Origin: an uncultured Methanosarcinales archaeon
Lineage (GTDB): Archaea > Nanobdellota > Nanobdellia > Woesearchaeales > JABMPP01
Direction of reading: 5' to 3'
DNA: 52,150 bases
Assembly (NCBI GenBank): GCA_964604995.1
Contig: CAZSAD010000009.1
Span: 1-52,150 of the forward strand
The notes beneath the pieces were generated by a model. The model was not told the DNA's origin. It saw nothing but the letters and a program-made list of their open reading frames with translations, and made no database searches. This document shows, in pieces, positions 47,101-52,150 of the stretch (its first letter is position 1; every line of letters starts with the position of its first letter). Position numbers and translations under genes: made by a program.

Positions 47101-48546
47101 ATTTTGGGTTACTCCCTCTCTTAAAGATCCAACAAGTAATGAACTAAAATAAGTGGTACTAAAATTAGTGTTGTTAATCACCAAACGATTTTCTATATTT
47201 TGCCAAATTCCATCAAGTGAATAATTAGCATAAATTTCTTCATCTATGGAAAAATTAAGATATATTCCTTGCCCTGAATTTATTGTAGTTGAATTATCAG
47301 GTGAGTAAAAAGTAATATTGGTACTAGAATTGTCTAATGTAAGTATAATCGATGAAAAATGTGGAACATACACTTTAACTAAATTTTCATTTAAATCTTT
47401 AAAATAACAAAGTTCTTTAGCTCTAATCTCCTCTTTTTTTGATACACACCTATTAACTAAACTACATATGTTAAAATCATTACAATAATATATAGTATTA
47501 TAATTTACTCCAGAAGTATTAATATCAACAATTGCATAATAATCATTGACTATAACATTATCTAGGCCAGTTACACTAACTCCTCCTTGTACATCTAATC
47601 CTTTTTCTTCAAGAATTGAAACAACTTCACTTTCTATGCCACTAATCTCTATTTTGTTGCTATTTTCCCAATCAGCACCAATAATCTTTTTTATATTTAA
47701 TTCTACAGGTAATGGTTTTTTAATTTCACCTTTAACAGTTTGAAAATTTTTACCATAATTTGGTTTTGTTGTTGTTCTAATAACTAGTTCAAGTGTTTGT
47801 TTATTGGTTAAATTATCTGTCTGTTCTCCAGTTTTTGTATCTTTAACTTCAACTAAAGTAACATCATTACTCTGCATTATATTTGATTTTACATCAGATG
47901 CATGAATTTCTTTTGCGTCCTCTAATAAATTGTTTAAATCTCCAGATAAACTTTCAACATTAAAATATTCTGATTGGGTATAAGGTGTTCCATTGACATA
48001 TACAGTCACTGTAACATAATATTTCCCAGAATTTTGTCTTACAGGGAAGCGATATGATATCGGATAAGTTTTTCCATCATAATGGTACAAAGTTTGACCA
48101 TAATCATTTCCAATGACCATATCCATTTCGCTGTCATCAATAGCATTAATTCTAACCAAAGCTAAATCCCCCACTTTATATTTTGTTGAGGACAGACTAA
48201 CTCTTAAGAAATTGCTCACTAATTCATTTTGTGCAGATGTTTCTATATTTCCTTCAATCCCATTTGTCAAAGTATCAATGCTAACTAATTTTGAATTAGT
48301 ATCACTAAATCCATTTTGTTCAGGATTATTAAATTCACTTAAAGCTAAAACTCCATTTGAAAATACTAAGAATAATAAATTTCCTATCAATAAACTTACT
48401 ATTGTTAAAATAATATTTGATCTAATTCTATTTAATAATCTATTTTTATGTAGGCTATACTTCCTACATTTTTGAGAGTTAAAATTACTAAACATCTTTT
48501 TCATTTTTTCATCTTTCATTTTTTTATCTGTTATCTTCTTCACCAT
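44176..48546 (-). CDS. Large membrane-anchored surface protein (PKD, Ig/FN3-like and carboxypeptidase-regulatory-like domains; cytoplasmic helical tail)
   Basis: Signal peptide; FKWDLNGDG...YTY...GTYLVNL (PKD); CSDLVQN....ETGIDCGGSCSSC Cys motif; TDSNGIAKF...SKLGY; YSWRVNCKD; ITGFAF then TM (LMIEIIVIIVLLVIYLVY); helical K/E-rich C-terminus. Confidence 0.88.
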   Translation of the reverse strand: MVKKITDKKMKDEKMKKMFSNFNSQKCRKYSLHKNRLLNRIRSNIILTIVSLLIGNLLFLVFSNGVLALSEFNNPEQNGFSDTNSKLVSIDTLTNGIEGNIETSAQNELVSNFLRVSLSSTKYKVGDLALVRINAIDDSEMDMVIGNDYGQTLYHYDGKTYPISYRFPVRQNSGKYYVTVTVYVNGTPYTQSEYFNVESLSGDLNNLLEDAKEIHASDVKSNIMQSNDVTLVEVKDTKTGEQTDNLTNKQTLELVIRTTTKPNYGKNFQTVKGEIKKPLPVELNIKKIIGADWENSNKIEISGIESEVVSILEEKGLDVQGGVSVTGLDNVIVNDYYAIVDINTSGVNYNTIYYCNDFNICSLVNRCVSKKEEIRAKELCYFKDLNENLVKVYVPHFSSIILTLDNSSTNITFYSPDNSTTINSGQGIYLNFSIDEEIYANYSLDGIWQNIENRLVINNTNFSTTYFSSLLVGSLREGVTQNGAHNISIAIFNLNNSLSYVDYNFIINDAQAPIIELNPDLDGTRYNYTINISNNSINFSYVPLIVNLSSDENLNLRYRLNNFTPTNLIYLSFAELRLNNYALNLSVQNGSNVLEINVSDLQNNSENYIFNFDINIMNNYFNATNVTPPNYGNCSDLVQNFHDELNETGIDCGGSCSSCIEFNITTDKLIYNQTEQVEITVNSRSNSNVTIVVNGGSSSYSATSKFFPTYYIFTDTLNIGTYSISGIMRYRNLTENKTVTFNVISNQPQNPLELSISSNGSTINEGEIVAFAALVSGNSSKVSFKWDLNGDGTIDSTLEKINYTYLNNGTYLVNLSINSSGWNLTSFKTITVQKLFNLTIHVIENITGTPLESVSVNVGNYNSLTDSNGIAKFTIRKDDYNLVISKLGYYSYYMPLELYSSNSIEIVLGKVDSEAPIIELISPINNSQITEKSTTIGFKVNDASSVNCSIYTNSGGNWWTLETTIVNAQKNSLSNVELTNLEDNKTYSWRVNCKDEKGNTNFSDSWYFITNSSSVSNSLYVNLDAQDADAQEFSSTIDELIKNIDNYDKPEKELADIIKFKRMLELSKAEVVRYNRDLHDLKWRRLNQTELDAETDRLLNAIEKAKQDSPKNLKVLENSEFVKYPTKVDIEDIVIAEKGLQDDKKIRSKMSSLTDQIILLQTGITITTRASVYEIEYQSGVQKKSTAIIKEIKSSKKSEGLLYYEYIPKEIAPNASEINFLYDHDVVVEDPIVKSLFTEDKQYVYIINKNIDLKTLEKSKSVMMPMVIEFTDQGTNFITGFAFVDMFKSDIFKIDNTRLMIEIIVIIVLLVIYLVYTVEDVKTMPLIGSMFGSKASAKIELLVNNMAENIEKNNYQSAKKGYAEISIVYKDLKKNEKKEYYLKLEDIHNRLDVLYINNLIKNAMQKLKESKVSEAIEDYTSICEIYKKISTKYKAQVLLKCNELNQKITEIQNEDE

Positions 48547-48815
48547 GATTTTTGCACTTTTTTCTTGATATCTTCTAATTCATTGATGACTTTTTCTCTT
48601 GCAATACTCTGACTTTTTTTCTCGACTTCAACTTTAATTTCATCTTTTAATTTTTTCACTTTCATTATTCTAAGATCATTATACATTAGCCATTTTTGTC
48701 TAATAACGCTTCTAACTTCTTCACTTATATCGATAAAATTTCTATCATAAGCAGCTTTTCTAAGGTCACTTAACATTTTTTCCGGTATTTTTATTGTGAC
48801 AATTTTATCTTTCAT
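48540..48815 (-). CDS. Ribbon-helix-helix (CopG-like) protein with C-terminal coiled coil
   Basis: KIVTIKIPEKMLSDL...FIDISEEVRSVIR fits the RHH pattern; GGGTGA SD; overlaps the start of the 1456-aa gene. Confidence 0.75.
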   Translation of the reverse strand: MKDKIVTIKIPEKMLSDLRKAAYDRNFIDISEEVRSVIRQKWLMYNDLRIMKVKKLKDEIKVEVEKKSQSIAREKVINELEDIKKKVQKSW

Positions 48816-48970
48816 TATCTGTCACCCTTAGAATGATTATCATCTAAAAAATCCCTTAAGAATTCGCGAATAGCCTCTGATCTACTTTTGTATATTCCAC
48901 TCTTTACTAAAGAATCTAGCCAACTAGTAATTTCTCCAGGTAATCTAACTGTAATACTGCTAATTTTCAA
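48815..48970 (-). CDS. Small ribbon-helix-helix (CopG/NikR-N-like) regulator, 51 aa, absent from the supplied ORF track
   Basis: TTG start; translates as MKISSITVRLPGEITSWLDSLVKSGIYKSRSEAIREFLRDFLDDNHSKGDR*; SRSEAIR is a typical RHH motif; the stop overlaps the next ATG (TAATG). Confidence 0.88.
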   Translation of the reverse strand: MKISSITVRLPGEITSWLDSLVKSGIYKSRSEAIREFLRDFLDDNHSKGDR

Positions 48971-49083
48971 TGTAATCTCTATGTATTACCAATGTAATAT
49001 AAATATATTTCTGTATTTATACAATTATATGTAATTATAGTAGAAAATTTATATTTGTAATACCATTGTAATGCTTACGTAAT
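48971..49083. promoter_or_regulatory. Phased TGTAAT operator array overlapping the RHH promoter
   Basis: TGTAAT/TGTATT/TGTAAT at 48971, 48982, 48993; TGTAAT/TGTAAT/CGTAAT at 49056, 49067, 49078 (11-bp period); extra copy at 49030; minus-strand GAAATATATTTATAT at 48997-49011. Confidence 0.65.
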
Positions 49084-49246
49084 ATTATAATATTTTTATA
49101 ATACTTTCAAATACATACACCAATATTTCAAAAAATATCTTTAAGAATAATATTTTAATCCCTTAAAAATGATATAATTAATTTTTAATAACATTCTTTT
49201 TATAAAAATACAAGAAGAAATAATAAAATAATAATTACTTAATTAG

Positions 49247-49594
49247 TTAAACCTTTTCACCATTAAATTCTATTATTTTACCTGTTTTACCATCAATTTT
49301 AACAACAATATCTCCTTGTTTTGTTGTTTGGTTAATTTCAGAACTAACATGGGCAACAACAACCCAATTATTTTCTTCTAAATAACTTGTAACTTTTTCC
49401 ATTTTTATAAGGGCAACTGTAGTTTGGTTTACTCCAATATTATCTTTACTATAAAATTTTACTCTGCTTTTTATGAAAGTTGTTGCAGTTGATTCTGCAT
49501 CTTGTTTACTTACATTTACTGAGCAGGCAGTCAATGTTAAAATACCAATTAAAATTATAAATGAAAAAAATATTTTTTTATTAATTTTAATCAC
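49247..49594 (-). CDS. Small lipoprotein-like exported protein, PepSY-like
   Basis: KK plus hydrophobic stretch plus LTAC lipobox; VSKQDAE...WVV...VKIDGKTGKII. Start GTG 49594 overlaps the upstream TGA; the ORF track start is 49636. Confidence 0.7.
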   Translation of the reverse strand: MIKINKKIFFSFIILIGILTLTACSVNVSKQDAESTATTFIKSRVKFYSKDNIGVNQTTVALIKMEKVTSYLEENNWVVVAHVSSEINQTTKQGDIVVKIDGKTGKIIEFNGEKV

Positions 49595-49911
49595 TCCCAA
49601 CTCCATGTTTTGCAAACACAATTGCAAGTATTGCATCCAAGTTCAGCAGTTTTGAAAGAATAATCATCGTACATAAAACTCTGTGCTTCACATTGTGATC
49701 TACACCTTAAATTACAAGCGGGTTCAGTAGGTACCGTATGCATTATTCCTCCTCCTAAAATTGGCCCACATTTATCTTCTATATTGGAGGTATGTAAAGT
49801 ATAAGCAAATTTCAATACCAAAACATAACCCAAAACAAGAGCAGCAACTGCTCCTAGTGTCCAAAAAACTATTTTCTTTTTGTTGTTTTTTTTATTTTTC
49901 ATTTTTATCAC
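49591..49911 (-). CDS. Small membrane-anchored Cys-rich protein (8 Cys)
   Basis: Basic N-terminus, one TM, then C...CxxxCxxxC...CxxCxCxC; overlaps both neighbouring genes. Confidence 0.75.
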   Translation of the reverse strand: MIKMKNKKNNKKKIVFWTLGAVAALVLGYVLVLKFAYTLHTSNIEDKCGPILGGGIMHTVPTEPACNLRCRSQCEAQSFMYDDYSFKTAELGCNTCNCVCKTWSWE

Positions 49912-51074
49912 TTTTTTTTATTTTACATTTTTCAAGACTACTTATTTTTGTATCATCATCTAGGCAATTTTTTTGGGATAAACAATAGGATGTAAGTTTT
50001 ACTATTCCAAAAAATAATATAATAAATCCAGATGAAGCAATTATAAATCTTACGCTCATACTAATTCCTATTTCAATAAGATCACTATAACTAATCAAAA
50101 ATCCAAATCCTAAAAGTATATAAGAAATATTATTTGTCAAATACAACCCTAGAAGCATAAAAACAAATGCAACTAAAGTAGTAAGTATAATTCCACCTAA
50201 AGTTAAAAGTGTATTACTATATTCTTCTTGACATTTGATTTCAGTATATGGGGTTTTTACATCATCATAAAGCACAATTTTGTTTATTACACATCCATAA
50301 TAGTTTCCAACTAAGGCATGACCAATTTCATGTATTGAAACAGTACTCAAAAATGCAAAACCTATGATAAAAAAAATAATCAAAAAATGTTTTGTTGGAG
50401 TTAGTATTTTTTCAATATCTTCTTTATTTTTTATTCTTTTTAAATTGCTTTTTTTAGGTAAAGCAATTCCTAAATTATCAATATCTAAATATATATAATA
50501 GACTATACCTGTAAACATAATCCCTACTAAAAACCAAAACATATCTTCATAATTTTTACCTTTGTTTGCAAAATAGATGAAAATCAAAGAGGTTAATGAA
50601 TAAAATATTCCAGCAATTCCTGCTTTTTTAAGATAATAATTTGAGTAAATAGTTAAATACATAAAAACCAATAAAGGTATTACAAATGATATAAGATCAG
50701 CTGCTCTTAATACATCAAATCTTAAATATACTGTAAATATTATTGAAATCCAATAAATATGAAAAATAGCGAGTGTTTTTTTCTCTCCAAAAGTTTTGTG
50801 CAATATAAATAACAAAAGAATAGTTCTTGCAATATTAAATCCAGTTGATATTGCACTAATTTCATTTGAAGTAGTATCAATTAAATTAAATGCCCACCCA
50901 AAATTTAATGTTCCAAATACTAAAAATAAATATCCAGTTAATGCAAAANNNNNNNNNNATTTTTGCAATACTTGACAATTCTTGCTTTTTTTCCCATTTG
51001 AAATAAGCAAAAAAACAAAGTAATGCAATTGAAATATTCACTATAGCATTTAACAATTCTAAAGTTGTAATCAT
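49892..51074 (-). CDS. Polytopic membrane protein with C-terminal M50-like zinc metalloprotease domain (spans an assembly gap)
   Basis: HEIGH within a TM, LTLGG and SYSD motifs; about seven upstream TMs. The N10 gap at 50949-50958 breaks the frame: MITTLELL...SSIAK (from 51074) joins naturally to FALTGYLF; TATA-like CTTTTATATA about 25 nt upstream of 51074. Confidence 0.75.
50949..50958. other. Scaffold gap (10 N)
   Basis: Ten N characters in the sequence. Confidence 0.99.
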
Positions 51075-51143
51075 TAGCCCACTCTATTCATTATTTCTAT
51101 ATAAAAGTTGTGCAAATCAACTTTTATGTCTTAAAAAAAATAT

Positions 51144-51731
51144 TTACCCGTAACTTAAAGTTCCATTAAATTTGCTACCATTTATACATTTAAAACTTTG
51201 AAGAACTCTTGTATAAATTTGTTTTGTGATATTATAACTTTCAGAATTGCTTACTAAAACAATTGTTATATGTTTATCTTTACATATTGTTCCAGAAACA
51301 ATTGATTCAACATCGTTATTTTTGTATCCTATTGCATAAGTATACCAAGTTATATTTTCCCCTCTTAATTTTTGCATATACTTTTCAGCTTGAGAATCCG
51401 TTACATTTTTTAATTCATAGTCTTGCTTTAATTGTAAAATTCCCATTTGATCTAAAGTTTTATTTACAGATATTTTTTGACCCATAAATAAAATCGCATT
51501 TCTTTTATCATCGCTTATTCCAAATTTATCTTGTTCTTTTGTTGCACTATCATTCCAAGAAGCAGGATACAAAACTTTGAAACCCAAAAAGTCATTCTGA
51601 TAAACCTTTGCACCATAAGGTGAATCTTGTGTTGCATACAAATTATCCTCGGTTTCTGTTGCTTTATTTTTACATCCAAACATAAGTAAAGAAATTAACA
51701 ATGTTAAAATTATTAGTGTTACCTTTTTCAT
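51144..51731 (-). CDS. Lipoprotein-like exported protein, PsbP/Mog1-like domain
   Basis: MKK plus hydrophobic stretch plus MFGC lipobox; YQNDFLGFKVLYPASW start and VLQSF end are typical of PsbP-like domains. Confidence 0.7.
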   Translation of the reverse strand: MKKVTLIILTLLISLLMFGCKNKATETEDNLYATQDSPYGAKVYQNDFLGFKVLYPASWNDSATKEQDKFGISDDKRNAILFMGQKISVNKTLDQMGILQLKQDYELKNVTDSQAEKYMQKLRGENITWYTYAIGYKNNDVESIVSGTICKDKHITIVLVSNSESYNITKQIYTRVLQSFKCINGSKFNGTLSYG

Positions 51732-51858
51732 CCAATTGATACTATTTTGATTTATTATAAAAATTTAATGGAAAATGAAGTTAAAGTCAATAAAAATAAA
51801 GTCAATTAAATGCTTATGTTAAGCAAATCTTTATATTTCTAATCCTTAACTAAATATT

Positions 51859-52150
51859 ATGTACTTAAGCAAAGAGAATCTTGTTTATTATAAGCAGATA
51901 TTTAGTAAGATTAAAGAAAATGACTGTGATTTTGTAGAATACAAAAGTAAAATCCAATTTTTCTTAAAGCTTTTGGACAATATTTTAAATCACATAAAAA
52001 AAGATAATAAATTAAAAAAATTTACAGACGAACTTTATTTAGAATATGGGGGGGATCATTCTGGTGGAATTTTTAATATTGCAACTACTAGGGGCAGTAG
52101 TCTTTTGCTTGTAGAATCTTGGTTTGATGATATTAAAACTCTTGAAAATA
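51859..52150 (+). CDS. Hypothetical protein, partial (runs off the window)
   Basis: Open frame from ATG 51859 (MYLSKENLVYYKQIFSKIKENDCDF...WFDDIKTLEN); CAAATCTTTATA BRE/TATA about 25 nt upstream suggests a leaderless mRNA. Confidence 0.6.
   Translation, partial: MYLSKENLVYYKQIFSKIKENDCDFVEYKSKIQFFLKLLDNILNHIKKDNKLKKFTDELYLEYGGDHSGGIFNIATTRGSSLLLVESWFDDIKTLEN

Noticed and set aside
50886..51074. Separate 62-aa gene, or a frameshifted pseudogene of the protease
   Set aside because: The frame change coincides with the 10-N scaffold gap, so it is most likely an assembly artefact in a single gene.
1842..51487. Many short ORFs antisense or out of frame within long genes (e.g. 2264-2497, 7241-7504, 12229-12456, 23634-24098, 32769-33137, 42947-43246, 48113-48475, 51263-51487)
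   Set aside because: They lie inside well-supported genes, lack recognisable motifs and read as shadows of the coding strand.

Overview
Very AT-rich, densely coding DNA with archaeal-type signals (BRE/TATA boxes, GAGGTG ribosome-binding sites, apparently leaderless genes). The protein families look like those of DPANN archaea, probably Woesearchaeota-like; that assignment is inference, as no marker gene is present. Most of the window (about 1.7-49 kb) is one cell-surface locus. It encodes five paralogous ~250-aa secreted proteins ending in YYFYV[EQ][LI]x; two giant secreted Ig-repeat proteins (4556 and 4338 aa) that end in a divergent copy of that same domain and have no C-terminal membrane anchor; two paralogous 314-aa secreted proteins with a pilin-like terminal strand; a membrane-anchored HerA/VirB4-type ATPase with an extracellular N-terminus and a DUF5752-like tail; a cytoplasmic protein with two DUF5752-like domains; two membrane-anchored surface proteins; and several regulators (wHTH, tandem HTH, two RHH, one Sm-like). 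The best reading is a non-type-IV, possibly donor-strand-assembled filament system tipped by giant adhesins. The non-coding DNA is also unusual: 3' UTR segments complementary to the translation-start region of their own transcription unit (one pair about 26.9 kb apart), (GAAAT)n tracts forming stacked Met-Lys-stop minigenes, and phased operator repeats. No rRNA, tRNA, CRISPR array or transposase was recognised. All domain calls are motif recognition by eye, not database searches.
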